Assembly: GCA_964035575.1 (NCBI GenBank)
Contig: OZ037840.1
Location: 744,001 to 808,000 of the forward strand
DNA length: 64,000 nucleotides
Direction of reading: 5' to 3'
Origin: Rhynchopus sp. YZ270_cl-10
Lineage: Eukaryota
Shown piece after piece: positions 35,201 through 48,500 of the stretch; position 1 is the first letter of the stretch; the number at the start of each line of letters is the position of its first letter. The translations under genes and the position numbers were made by a program. The notes beneath the pieces are model-generated. The model was not told where the DNA came from, did no database searches, and saw only the letters and a program-made list of their open reading frames with translations.

Positions 35201-37024
35201 CAAGTGTTATGCTAGGATGGTGGTTTGAGAATTTGTCACCTTTTTTACAAAATAAAATAAACACTACACCCGTTCACAGGAGGTCGTCTTCAATGTAGAG
35301 CTTATGGATGAAAACGATGCCGTAGGTCTCTACTGGGAAGGACGTGAGGGAGGCGACATCTGTGTCAAGAGCGTTACGCAGAACGGCGCAGCGTGGCGGG
35401 TCGGTATGTGCTAAAGTAATTTCCACTCCACGAATCAAATCGAGACCAAATATGGTGGACTCAGCGGAGGTCAGGCCCTGAAGAGCCGTACTCGCAATTC
35501 CCCTCCCCCACCCGCCTTTCACAATTTTGTGCATCAGAGGGGAGAAAGAGCCTCTCCTTTTCGCCCACCCTCAAAACCTCGATAGAATGGTGCGATGCCC
35601 AGCATGCTGGGGACCCTATTTTTGCCGTTTTAATACAACAGTTCACACCTCAAAATATTCTCACTCTCGACAGGCATCAGAGAAGGCCTGACCCTGCTGC
35701 GTGTGGACGGCTTGAAGGTGTCGAGCAAGGAGGATGTGCAGACAGCGCTGCGTGGCCTGCGCGTCACTGGGAAGTGCCAAATGGTCTTCGCCAAGGCATC
35801 TGCACGCGACCACACACCAGAGCGCCGTGCCACAAGCGGGTCCGTCGCCACCTTCGCAGGCACACAGCACCACCAAGAGTCTGTGCCCCCTGTCGCGTCA
35901 CCACCGGCCCGCGCACCAGCCTCAACACAGCCGCCTCTTAGCGCCGTAGAGAGGATCCGTCAGGGCATGCTTGAGGTATGTGTTTGTGGTTTGTTTTCCT
36001 GAAGCCAAAGATGCGGTGTTTTTATTCCTGCCGAACTGGCCTTTTAGCGATTTTTTTGAAGGGGTCGGGGGGAAAAAAAATGTTTTTCTCTCACAGCGTG
36101 GACAGCAAGAGAAGCCTGCACCCACCCAGACCAGGCAGGCAAGCCCCCCTGCTGCACGCACGTCACCGTCGGCGTCGCACCAGCAGCAGAGCGCCACCCC
36201 GCGTGCACTGCCCGAGCCCGAACGCAAGGACGCCATCAGCGAGCCCGACAGGACGTACCTCCCACGCGCAGTTGTGGAGTACGCCACACGCGATGAGGGT
36301 ATGCCTCTGCTCCACACCCCCTCCCTCCTCCCCCTCCCCTCCCCCTCCTCACAGCAGAACTCTTTTTCTTTTTCTTTTCCTGCACCCCCTCTTCCTACTC
36401 CGCTCCAGGCGCCTCTCAACCCTCACTATTTCCCTCCTGAGCATTTAGCATTTACCCCAACATCTCCCCCTCCTTTCCACAGGCCACGACCACCGCTCTG
36501 CCGCCCCCATCGCCCGCACCACTACTCCCGTTCGTGCCCTTCCCCCGAAGCCAATCACCACCACCACCACCACCACCACCACCACCACAACGGACCGCGA
36601 ACCCGTCCGTGTCGGCCGCCCTACAAGCACTGGTAGGCAGTGGCAGGGTGCGTCGGGTTCACCGACACCGGGTGGTGGTGGGGCACATGGTGCGGTTTGG
36701 CATGAACCGCAGCAGGCAGTGGTGCGTGCACATGCTGCAGCATCGCACCCCCATGAGGCTCGTGATGTGTACGGTTCGCGTGGCGTCTCTCCGGCACCAC
36801 GCCCTGCCTCCGCCTTTGCTTATAAGGGCAGCCCGCCGCTCTCAGCGACAGTGGCACCAAGCACGCCGACGTATGGTGGTGGTCAGCCGCAGCCTGGCTA
36901 CCAGGCAGTGCCCGATGCTCAGGGTGCGTCGCTTGAAAGACGCATTGCGGCGCTGAGCGCTGCTGTCGCAGCGTCGCGTGACAGAACTGCGGTCCGCGAC
37001 ATGAGGTCCACCCGCCCCCATTAG
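32284..37024 (+). CDS. EF-hand + mono-ADP-ribosyltransferase-like + coiled-coil + PDZ protein, 7 exons
   Basis: Exons 32284-33786, 33869-34063, 34177-35094, 35280-35403, 35674-35975, 36097-36298 and 36483-37024 join in frame. EF loop DRNRDGRLSSVE; ART-like ALYT, LARG, SASSC and SKYPKEAEMLLPP; PDZ-like VGLYW...VKSVTQNGAAWRVGIREGLTLLRVDG. Confidence 0.8.
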
Positions 37025-39291
37025 AACCACGTTATTGTCTTTGTGCATTTTTAGAGAAGATATTATTGTGTATAGGCGAGAGAGAGAGAGAGACAGAGAG
37101 AGAGATGGCAGTGTTCCCCTCAAGCGGCGGGGTCGCTTCATCCCCTAACATAACGTTCTGATACATGAAGTATCGGGTTTAGATAAAAAAAATGCGTTTT
37201 TGCGTTTATTGTGTTTTTTTTTTGTTAGGCTATACGATAGCCCCTCCCTTTCCCTTCTCCCCTTGAGTTGGCAGCTCAACAGAAAGTTGAGTGTTTTTGT
37301 CTCGAGCTTTTATTCCCCCAAACCGCTAAGGGCAAAAGGAAAAAGAAAATTGTTCACCGTTTTTGCTCCGAACCCGGAAAGGGGAGGGGCAGAGTGGAAC
37401 AAAAGTGTCCATCCTTTTTTTCCCCCCCCCATGTGCTTCCATTCCCCCTCTCCTGTCCCTTTCTGTTGTTTGTACACTCTAGATTTTGACCGTTTGTCCC
37501 TGCCCCCTTTCACAGTACCCTGCGTTAACAGAATGTGGCGCTTTTGTGCGTCATACAAGCTTTTTTCCCCCCTCCCCTCCCTGGAAGAGCAGTGCTGTGC
37601 TGTCCGCCAATCGGAGGTGGTCGCACATTACAACTTCTCTTTTGTTGTTGTTTACATTTTGTTTTAAAAAGGTGACCTCACACGAGAGGCTTAGGTTCAT
37701 CTTATTATTTTTTTTTTGTGTTATCAAGCATTGGCGAATAGAAATGGAAAACGACGGATGGTGCGTGCCCGCTTTAGCGTATTGTTTTTCCACTAACATC
37801 ACTCACATTTATCAGTGAAAAACACAAACCTTTTGCGGTGCGATAAACGAAAAAGTGCTTTCTTTATTTCATTTAACTGTCATATCCTGAAGTCGTTTTC
37901 TATTTTTTGTACGAAGTAGTGCAATAATTCCTTCTCCCCTTTGTGCTCCACCCTCTCCCCGGACTTCAGGACGCGGGTTTTCGGGGTTTTTCGGGACTTT
38001 TGAAAAAAAAAAGGAGAAATGAACAGAGGTGATATTTGACTTTAGTGTGCGACGCACATTCACCAAGGATTATTCAAACCACCAAAAAAAAAAAACCGTT
38101 TGCTTTACCTGAAGTACGGGCGAGGATGGATCAACAAACAATGAATGCATCAAGAAGGGAGATATTTCTTTTTCTTTTTTCTTCTTTTTTCTCTTTTCAT
38201 TTGCTTATTTTTGTAGAACTCTTGTGTCTGTACACAAGAGGCAGATTCATCTTTCAAGCCCCCCCCTTTTCCCCCAAAGTTTTTCAAAAAACCCCTTTTC
38301 TTTTCTCTCCCTCACCTCTGAATGTCTGATCACACAGGCATTGATCCACCCCCCTTTTTTGCCCCTATTTAGAGCACTATTGTTTTCCCCCTAGATTTAG
38401 CTTGTTCATATAGCCGCCCTACCCCCCCGCGGGTTCGATAACAAAAAAAAGCGGAAATCCGGTTGTCTGCGTCCACAGAGACGTTAGCACTTCGACTGCT
38501 GCTTTTTTTTTTATATATGTCAGACGTAAACCACTAAATGGATGTATTGTGGGTCCACCCCAGTGTCTGGTCACCTACCGAAGGAGCCTGGCATATGAGG
38601 GCTCTTGTATTTCAAGACACACCTTTTTTAGATGTGTGCACGAAAAGCACATTTATCTTTCAAATCTTTGATTTTTTTTACATTTTTTTTTTGCACCCAC
38701 CACCCCCTCCCGCCCCCCTTTTCCGAAATATGCCTGGGCACCTGTGTGTCACCCCCTAAAAGGTTGCCACGCGTGTTTCATTTCCCCCCCTTCCCACCCC
38801 ATTACCTCCCCCCACCCATAGTAGATAAACAGTTCAAGCAGTTCCTATCTTTTAATGATTCCTCTACGCTTTCCTCCCCCCACCGCAACTGCTGCCTTTG
38901 TTGACCATCCCTAGCCAGGGGGTATCGTTCAGGACTGGTTCAAAGATATCGTTCAGGACTGTGCACTTTTTGTAGTCTTCCCAGTGCTCTCCTCCAATGT
39001 AGTCTTGGAGCTTATACGTGTTGACGTGACCCATCCCCACCTTTTCAGATGAACTGAGAGGTGAGAAAGGCGCCACGTGACCACCTTCGTTATCGCGGGG
39101 CAAACCCGAGACGCCCCTGGGACGTGTCGTGGTGCCCTTTCCCGCAGCAGGCCTGAGGTCTGCTATTTTGGGGTCGTCGGCCACACCACAGAGGGTTTTA
39201 AATAGGTGTATTAAATTGTGCTAACCTAGGTGTTGTGCCATATATTATAACCTACACTACAGCCCCCCTTCCGTTTTCTCCCTACGACATA

Positions 39292-40634
39292 ATGGCCAGC
39301 GCGAAGTTCTGGGGTGGCCCGAAGGTCTCGCAGTTCCCGTCCGTTCCGTTCTACGGTCTTGCTATGGCCTTCTGGATTTCAGGCTGTGGTGCCTTTGTAG
39401 TCACAAAGAATGCTGCTATGAAGGGATATAACAGCTACGACAATACACGGCAGCGTCAGGGCGAGATTGTGGACGCCAAGTACGTGGGCTTAGGTTTCTG
39501 GAAAATTAAATATATGTTCAAAAACGGGCCCAAGATCTATGTGATGAATCAACTGTCTCCAGGTATGTTTATCAGATGCAACGAAAATGGACGTAGGACT
39601 GCATGGGTTGGGTGTCCACCGCGGGGTCATATACCAAGGTGCACTGTTCACGAGAGGGTTTTTTTGTATTTCGGCTCCACTTTTTTCGATATTCACCCTA
39701 CACCCACATAATCTGTGAAACACATCACAACCCTCTCACAGGAGCGCTTCTCGTGGACTACTGCGGGGAGTTTATCAACCCTTTCCGGGCTGACTACAAG
39801 CAGCTGACTACGGTATGCCTGACCCCCCCTTACACATTGCACGGTGTACTCAGCACGAGAGGGTTGGGATCATCTTAGCTTTTTTCCTTTCATTTGTACA
39901 CACAATTGGACGATGAATTCTCCACCCTCTCTGCGTCTGCCTTGCAATATGAATCAGATGCAAACATTATCTTAAGGGATCAATGTCTTGCGCCTGAATC
40001 AGGCAGTCTGTCATGACACACTTTACGCATAAGCAGAAGACTACCCCCCCCACACAGTTTTTTTCGGCAAAAAAAACAAAAGCCAAAGCAATACAGAGAG
40101 AACCAACCAATTTTTTCGTTTTGCAAATTTTTAATCAATCCCCCTTCACAGATCAACAGTCCTGTCACGGTGCACTTTGACACCAGCTCTGCTATTGTCG
40201 ACAGTGCCTGTGTCGACCAGGGTCCGCACCCTTTCTATACAATGGTGGGTTTGATGTTGTCGGCGGTGTTGTTGAAGAGCGCGCAGACGGTGTTCAGCCG
40301 GGCACGGAATATGATAATCTACCATAGTTTGCAGGCAACGCAGCCTGGCATCACAATGCTCAAGCGACAAGAGGTACACGAGATGCTGAAGCTGCCAGGC
40401 GACGGTCCGGTGGCAGAATTCTTCGCTCGAGGCCACGTAGCCAACCAGCAACGCTTCTGGGGGTCGCGGAGAGCATTCACCGAGAAGATGCGTGAACAGC
40501 ACGACGACGTGACCCGTCAGCTCGTTACCGCGAAAAACGCGAAGGACCTGAACGCCATGCGCCAAGAAGTCCACAACGAAATGGAACGAGAGCGCGTCGC
40601 CCTCGAAGCACAAAACACAACACCTAAGCGATAG
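39292..40634 (+). CDS. Hypothetical protein with two hydrophobic segments, 3 exons
   Basis: Exons 39292-39562, 39742-39812 and 40152-40634 join in frame through GTATG...CAG introns. No family recognised. Confidence 0.7.
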
Positions 40635-40964
40635 GGGTTTTCGAACACAAAAATAATATTTCTAAATCCCCTCTCGAGAGAAAGAGACGTGGTGGTACAG
40701 TCGTAAGCTTTTTTCTTCTTTCTGTGATATAGTGCAACACCTAGAGGGGAAAGTTACAGACAAGGTGACTGTGTGGCGTAAGGTCATCTCATAAAAATTT
40801 TCTTTCAAATAGGGTCCCCAGAAATGACACCACATCCCCCATAGGTCTAATGATCTCGGAAAAGGTGGGGGGGAAAAAATACGGAACGCTGATTATTTTG
40901 CTTCAAAACTTCTGCCCAATCACAAAAAAATGAACACTATTTTCAAGGAGGGGTGGGGCATAAA

Positions 40965-43597
40965 ATGTCGCGGGATTTATTGTCGCTGAAAGACATCCAG
41001 CAGTTGTGGCTGAGTCGTGATGCGATAACAAAATGGATGACCACGCCGTCGTTTTTGCAGGCGATGAGCGGGTTGTATTGCAGGGTTGTTATGCGTGATG
41101 CGAACGCACAGAAGCGGTACCGTATTGCTCGGGTCGAACGCATTGTTTTCCCTGATGCGCGAGAGGACAAGCCCTCTATCGAACTCACGCAAGGAAACAC
41201 CACCCGCACGTACCCACTCCACTTCGTCTCCAACACCACCTTTGCGGAAGACGAACTGGAAGCCTTCTATGATGCCTTCGAAAAAGCTGGTATGGTGTAT
41301 TTTTTTTCTTTGCTTTCTCTTGTGCTAGTTGGGGATCAATCATTTCCCTTTTAAAAGTTGCGTATACTTGGTGCTCCTGAAATAAAAAATACCAAGTACG
41401 CAACAACTACGCACTAAGTACGCAACAAGTACGCAACAACTACACAATATAGGGTATTCCTGTATTTTTTTTTTTTTGTGCACAAAGTGCGCAACAAGCA
41501 CGCAAAATGGGGTTTTCAGGAGCACCAATACTTCAAAAAATGTTGATTCGTATCGTATCGTGGGTCAGCGGGAGGTGCCTGCATTAATAACTTCGCTTTG
41601 GTTTGTATCAGAGAGTTTCAGCGTGAAACCTCGATCAACACTTTTGTGGAAGATGTGATCACGCCTTTTTTTATTCAATAATTGCGTGGAGTTCACACGA
41701 AAAAGCGAGGTGTCTACACGTCATCAATTTTTCAATTTTTCAAAAAATATCACACCCAAAGGAGTGCGCCCTGTCACACGCTCTGACGTACGCCCGAAGC
41801 TGCTATGGCTGCGTGACTTTATGAAGAAACGAGAACGTGGTGAATCGCCAACGCGCCAGGGAGGGGCACGAGGTGACACACGAAAGCCACAACACCAGGA
41901 ACCACCAGCACGGACGCAGCAACGGCGTGACCGTGAGAAGGAGCGGGGGCGTGAGAGGGAGAACGAGAGGCCCCTTGAACGCATGGAAGACATTGCTTCT
42001 GATGACATGGCATCCGAATCTGTATCAGAAAAACCTGTTTCCAGACGCCGTGCGCGCAACGAAGACACCGACATGAAGCGTGAGGAAGGCGGGAAGAGGT
42101 GTCGTGTTGAGAGTGATGGTGGTGGTGCTGCTGCTGTGCCGAAGAACCTGCCGCCCTCGTCGTTGGTAAGCCAAGGGGCGCCACCCCCACCGCCACCACC
42201 ACCACCGCCACCCGCAGCAGGGGAGCCTTGCAAAAAATGCACGCAGAAGGATGCACTGGTTGAGTATGCTTTTAAACCATGCATTTCAGCCTGACTTTAT
42301 ATTTTTCCCCCTTGGCATGATGGTCAAAAATAACTATTTACTGAAAATATTCCGATGAACAAAAGGTACATTCCAAGCTTTCCCACTGGGCGTTTTCCAG
42401 TTTGCGGTAGAGAATACCTTCTCCTGCGCACCGGCAGTTTGTGAGAAGAAGGATACCATACACAAAAAAGACTCGTAAAAATCCATAAGTTCGTTGAACG
42501 CGTCTAAATCGAGATCTGGGCAGTGGTTGCGGATAAAAAGCTCAAGCATCATCGTGCTCGACAACAACTCCTTTTCGCGACTTCTCGCGCGCATTGGGTG
42601 CCACCGAGAAACACCCTTCGCAGCTCACAGAAGTGAAGGTGCCGACAGCCTCACACGTGATCACCATTCGGAGCACTTTTGTTGTGCTGGCTTTGTTCAG
42701 TTCTGCGAAGTAGGCCTGTGCGACCATCGTTGCCGCTGGTGCGTTTCCTGTTGCTGTCTCAGCAAGCCTGATCGTTTTCCACTCCTTTCAACGTATTTGT
42801 AGCTTGACATGCCTTTGCGCTCTCCCTTCTCAAAAGTCTTCTTCACTTCATCTGCTCCATCTGTTTCATTGTCTCCTCACTCCCAGTAGAGAAAAATGCA
42901 ACATAGGAAACCTCCTTCCGTTTTTGGTGACATCGCTGAAATACCAGAATTTAATTTCTACTTTATCGACCCTCTTTACCTTCTTTTCGTTTAGAATCGA
43001 AACTATATGAAATACTTTATCAAATCAACCCCTCTTACAGTGGCATGCGGAACGAGCTCGATCGCTTGGAACAGCAGCTTGCGCAGAGCACCGCAGAGAA
43101 CCGCACCCTGCAAGAGAGCGTGCTGAAGGAGCGTAACAACCAGAAGGAGGTCCGCATAAAGCTCAAAGAGATGGACGTTGTCGTGCAGAAGCAGCAGGCG
43201 CTCATCCAACAACAGCAGCAGCAGATATCTGACCAGCATGCCCTGCAGGTCGAGCTCTCGGTATGCAGGAACAGGTTTATTAAAAAGCCCCAGTGTGAAC
43301 GGCAATTTTAAAATATTTGTTCCCTTTTTTGGGAAATATTTGAGTCCAGAGTACCAACCAACCAACCAACCAACCAACCAACCAACCAACCAACCAACCA
43401 ACCAACCAACCAACCAACCAACCAACCAACCAACCAACCAACCAACCAACCAACCAACCAACCAACCAACCAACCAACCAACCAACCAACCCCCTCACTC
43501 ACCCTCACCCTCACAGAACAAGCGCACCCTCTTGGTAAAGAAGGTCCTCTCACTGCAAGAGAAGGCCACAGGCGACGCGGCGGGCACGGCTTTCTAA
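40965..43597 (+). CDS. Plus-3 domain (Rtf1-like) protein with a C-terminal coiled coil, 4 exons
   Basis: Exons 40965-41289, 41762-42263, 43041-43260 and 43517-43597. LSRDAITKW...P.F...GLYCRV...YRIARV...[10 protein letters not shown] matches the Plus-3 pattern. Confidence 0.8.
41369..41527. mobile_element. MITE with TGGTGCTCCTGAAA TIRs
   Basis: Perfect 14-bp TIR flanked by ATACT on both sides, with internal AAGTACGCAAC repeats. A shorter relative lies at about 31238-31321. Confidence 0.8.
42480..42730 (-). pseudogene. hAT transposase C-terminal dimerisation-domain remnant in an intron
   Basis: Two frames give [12 protein letters not shown] and RSR...[14 protein letters not shown], resembling the hAT TS..CER.FS...R..L......LF...N motif. 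Frameshifted. Confidence 0.5.
43353..43491. repeat. (ACCA)n microsatellite in an intron
   Basis: About 34 perfect copies just upstream of the acceptor at 43516. Confidence 0.97.
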
Positions 43598-45493
43598 ACC
43601 TTGTATTAAAAAACATACCGGAGCATGCTTGGGCTTCTTACGTGGGGTATATAGGGGAGCAAGCAGAGCGACAACGTGCGAATGAAATCTGTGAAAGTAT
43701 TTGAAAAAGAAAGTTTTCAGAAAGAACCAGCACACTGCCTATTCCAACAATTTATCAAAAAGAACAAAAAAAGTACAAAAATAAGAGTTGTTTCGACATC
43801 TTGAATAGAAGCTGGACCCCCCTAACTCTTCCCAAGAGAGTTGTTGTGTGACTGCTGGAAACAGATCAAACAACAAAAAGGGGGTGAGGAAAAAATGAAT
43901 AAATGGGGAAAAAACTGTGTTCCCTTGTAGATCTATTGTCCCCACGTTTTCTTTAGCCCCTCCTTTTTTTATTATAGACAGTGACAGAGCACGAGAGGCT
44001 TAGGTTCATCTCAATATCGTTTTTATGTCTGCTATTTTGTAGGGTTCTGTTCTTAGGGGTCATAGCCTTTTATGTACCAGAATGTTGCCATTTTATTTTT
44101 AGGGACATGTAGTGTAGATGCTTCGACAGCAACAAACGAACAACAACAAAGAGGCACAAGTAACTTTTTAGGTCAGCGTGTACGAGAGACATGTTCGTCT
44201 TTAAAACTTGTGCTTTCATCCGTGTGGCTGGCATCATGCAATGAGTCAGTTGGAGGTACCTGAGTAACCATTCCTTTTTTTAAACCCCCATCCCCCCGTT
44301 AGAAAAAAAAACGTAAAACGGAAAAATGAACAAAAAAATTTTTTTTTGTCTACGTTTGAGACCCTCCACACAGCCCTGTGGTTAACCCCTTCCCTCACTT
44401 CAAGACCCTTATCAGCCGACTGTCTTTCTTCCTCGTCAACAGTGCATTCTGGCCCTTCATTTCGCTCCACCCCATGTACATACATGTGAGGGCTATCTTC
44501 GCGAACGACCCCCGTGACCCGCGATGGACACCCCGAAGAAAGTGCTGATTTCTCTGTCTACCGGAAATTGGTAGAAGAAAGACGTCGTCAAGTTACATTC
44601 CTAATTGAACCGACCCCAATACGGCACTTTTCCACATGATCTTATCACGAATTTTGAACTTATGAATTTGGTGCTCAATGTTTTGTGTATTCATCCCGGG
44701 TTTGCCAGGGCCAGTTGCTCTAGCACAATCAACGGCTGACTGTCCTGCTTCTCGCTCTTCTTTGAGAGCTTTTCAACTGCACCATGGCTGTATTACCTAG
44801 GACTCTCTCGGGCTGTCATTCCTGCAAGCTGTGCAACCACCCAAAGAAAAGAGACAGCCTTGCCTCTCTTCAACTGGGTCGGTTGTCACTGTCCTCACGC
44901 ACTTCAACTTCAAATCTCTCAATTCATGAGCTCCTTCACCATCTTTTTGCTCACAACGACCCCCTGTTTCTTCTCTGTGGCCAGCTCTTGAAAATTGTGT
45001 AAATTTAGTTTTTTCCCCCCGATCCAATGTTGCGCAGGTATGACTGAAACTCATATCTCGACCAGTAAAGGGAATCGTGCACAGCGTAAACCCTCACCAA
45101 ATTCCGCGTTGCATTTTTTTTTTTTTTGTGCAAATGAGCTTGCCTGCTCTGCGCCGTGCAGGATGGGTGCAGGGTCGGTTACTGAGACTGCGGGTGCACA
45201 TAACACAGCTTTTCTTTCCCCCTCTTGGATCACCCTATCAACTATTATCTCCGTACGCTGTCCTTCTCCTCCCCATTACCACTTCACACTATGCACTTAC
45301 CAACCTACCTACCCCCTCCCCCAACAGGAACCCCAATTCAACTGTCCTCCTTTTTTCTCTCTTTTTGCAGCTCTAGCCACTCCATACGTTCGTGATGAAC
45401 TGAAGTAACCCACCCCCTCTTCCCCCCTCCCCTTCAGTGCCTTTGTGTCCACAGAGGCATTTTTTTGTACCGATTTTAACTATCCCCCTTTTG

Positions 45494-45530
45494 GGTGACT
45501 GAGCACGAAAGGCTTAGGTTCATCTTACAA
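45494..45530 (+). repeat. Dispersed hairpin repeat family B (representative copy)
   Basis: Consensus GGTGACTAAGCACGAGAGGCTTAGGTTCATCTTA. Copies at about 9879, 10604, 24549, 31378, 37671, 39843, 40764, 43980, 45494, 61434, 61611 and 63147. Confidence 0.85.
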
Positions 45531-45569
45531 ACTTTTCATTTTTTTTTTTTTTTTTTTTGTTGTTCAAAA

Positions 45570-48500
45570 ATGAAGTACCGACAATACGCGGTGTTTTTGT
45601 TGCTGTTTTTTGTGTTGTTGGGGGTGCAGGCAGAGGGGTCTCCAGAGGCTCCAACAGATTCTCCTCCATCTAAGCCTTCAGGGTCACCTCCTCAAGCTTT
45701 GCTTACTTCGAAGGGAACGTCATTATGGATTACCTTACCGATCTCTGTGTTCACATTGTGGTTGTTACAGAATTTATTTTTTCCATCAGCATTGGATAGC
45801 GCCGGACCTGTTGCAACGTGGTTGGCCTCAGTACTACCCGACGCAATAATGCTGCCAGAGACATTTGGAGATCATGGCACCGCAAAACGGAGGTTTTATA
45901 ATTGGTTGTTAGGTGTTTCTGCGGTGAATGAGTATTCTGCTTGCTTAGGGTTTGATGGGGAAAACGGAGAAGCTGTGCCAAAGCGAGCGAAGGTGAAGAA
46001 AAAGGTGAAGGATTGGTTTACAAACAGCTCGTTGGGGAGGAAATTTTCTGATAAATTTGCGTTTGTTCCGATCGACCCTGCGCAGCTTGCGGAGGATCAA
46101 CAACGTGAAGCTCGCAACCAACGAACCCAACCTACCCCAACCCCGACTCCAATCCCTACACGGAGGTCCGACCAACTACCCCCTCCAGCTCCTCTCGTCG
46201 AACCTACCCCTCTGATCTCACCGTACCACAGCTTCGCCGATGTCGAAGATAAGGAAGAGCCGCTCCGCAACCGCCTTTACAGACAAGAAACGGAAGACCG
46301 TTACGTCGTGCTCCGCATTGCCCGCGCAGATCGTAGTAAAGCACTTCTTAAGACGATAGAACGTTCAAAGTCTGTTCTCTTATCGGAGGAGACCACATCC
46401 CGGAATATCCTGCAGGCAGAAGAGAGGGAGATGTACACAGGATTGGAGGGGTTGTGTTTGAGGCTGCTTCTCGCAGCGCATGACCGAGCGGAGTTGGGAC
46501 GGATTGTTTTGGAGGAAGGGAGTGCGCGGGAGGTGCTGTTGGATGCGGAGCTGCTGGAGTTTTCGTCGGATATTCGCGCAGCGGCGAGGTACAGTGTGGC
46601 ATGCATTGTGTCGGCCCCAGCGCGTAAACAACTTCTTCATGATGAGAGCCAAGACCGCATGGCGCTTGAAGATATTGAGCATGGGGGTATAGCGTATCTA
46701 TCGAAACGGTGTGTTCTGTCGTTATGTGGTGCGCAGGAGGCTGAGTCGCGAGGGCGCATTGCTGAAATGAGTGTTCAATCTTTGTGTCAAATTGTTGAAG
46801 ACTTTGTGCCGCGATTTTTGCAAGCCATCGCGGATGCTGAGGAATCACTTCGTGGTAGCATTGAGGCAGAGTGTGAAGAAGCGTTGAAAGGCATCGAAAG
46901 GGCGTTCCACCGCAGTACCATTGAAGCAGGCGAAGCAGAGCTACGCAACTCCGAGCTACTCCGCGGGGAGCGGAGAGAGCGTACGGCACTCTCCGTGGAG
47001 CACTGCGAAACCCTGGCGGAGCTGAAGCTGCGCAGCGCAGTGGAGGAATTGGCGAAGGAGGAGGACCTAGAACGGCTCGCTATGGTGGCAGAGTGGGGCG
47101 CCGGGCTGGATGGGTTGCGGTTCCACAGTCAATGTGCGGCGCTTGCTGTAAATGAGTCAGACGCACGGCGCGTTGTATCGGTTCTCTTCGCCGACACCCG
47201 CGCCCATCTTGCCTCAGCAAGCTTAACGGCTCTCCTCAAAATCTGCAGCGATCGAGATGCAACACGCGACGCACACTATGCAGCTGCGCGCCAAGCAGTC
47301 GAGGACGCGGCACAACAGGCGCGCAGTGAAGCTGAAAAGACTGAGGACGAAACCCGCCGCGAAAGCCTCACACTATTCTACCAAACCTTCGACGCGATTT
47401 CAACCTGGGAACACGAAAGAGACGCAATACATGCGGGGCGTGTGTATGCAAACCCCCCCTTCCCTTTACAACCTCCCCTTTTCACCATTAAAGACCACCA
47501 AAACAAAAAAGAGCACACAAACAACAACTTTCATTCAAACCTCCCTCTTACCATATGCCACTTCACCCCAACACACCCCCCCAATATTTACCAAATAAAG
47601 TTAACGCCAGCAACAGGGAAATAGCTTGGGTACTTTTGCTGGTTTCAAAACCAGAACAAGCTGGTTTACTGGTTTGGGGAAAAATAAAAAAAAAATGTCT
47701 GGTGTGGCTGACGACCCCAAAATAGCAGAAAATAGCAGAAAATCGCAGAAAATAGCAGAAAATAGCAGAAAATAGCACTTTGGGGGGGTTTTTTTTGGGT
47801 TTGGTGGCTGGGTGGTGGTGTGGCTCATGATGGACGAGGGAAGGCAACTTGGCCAGCCCGCAAACCCGCAAACCCCCTCCCACTCCACAAACGGATCATA
47901 AGGTACACAGTACACAGTACACAGTACACAGTACACAGTACACAGTACACAGTACACAGTACACAGTACACAGTACACAGTACACAGTACACAGTACACA
48001 GTACACAGTACACAGTACACAGTACACAGTACACAGTACACAGTACACAGTACACAGTACACAGTACACAGTACAGCACCTGGTCTATATCGGGACAAAA
48101 TACATTTTTTTTTGCTAAAATTGCTCTTATTTTTTACGCTTTTTTGCTCGAAAAAAACGTTGTCCTGCATCTTTGGTAGGTGTTTTGGGGACTGGCTGGG
48201 GTCAGGAGTCCCTCATTTCCCCTCCCTTTAGCAAAAGCCCAAACCACGGCCAAAAAATAAAAAAAATCCAGACCCCCAAAATAGCAGAAAATAGCAGAAA
48301 GTAGCAGAAAGTAGCAGAAAATAGCAGAAAATAGCACCCCCCTTCAGCCACACCAATGTGGGATTCGGGATTCAGTTATTCGTCGCCCCCGCACCACTTT
48401 CTTACTCACAGAAGAAAGAGCCTCACACGTAAGCGAACCCCTAAAAAGGGTTCATTGAGTGACTCTGTGGTGTAAAAAGCTGCATATTTTGCACTATACC

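Noticed and set aside
39843..39877. Resemblance of CTCAGCACGAGAGG to the LSU rRNA sarcin-ricin loop (CTCAGTACGAGAGGA)
   Set aside because: The match is short, there is no flanking rRNA homology, and the loop varies among copies.
43003..43616. (VGWL)n and (PTNQ)n ORFs
   Set aside because: Translations of the intronic ACCA microsatellite.
44460..45054. Coding-like minus-strand stretch
   Set aside because: Only short interrupted frames with no recognisable motif.
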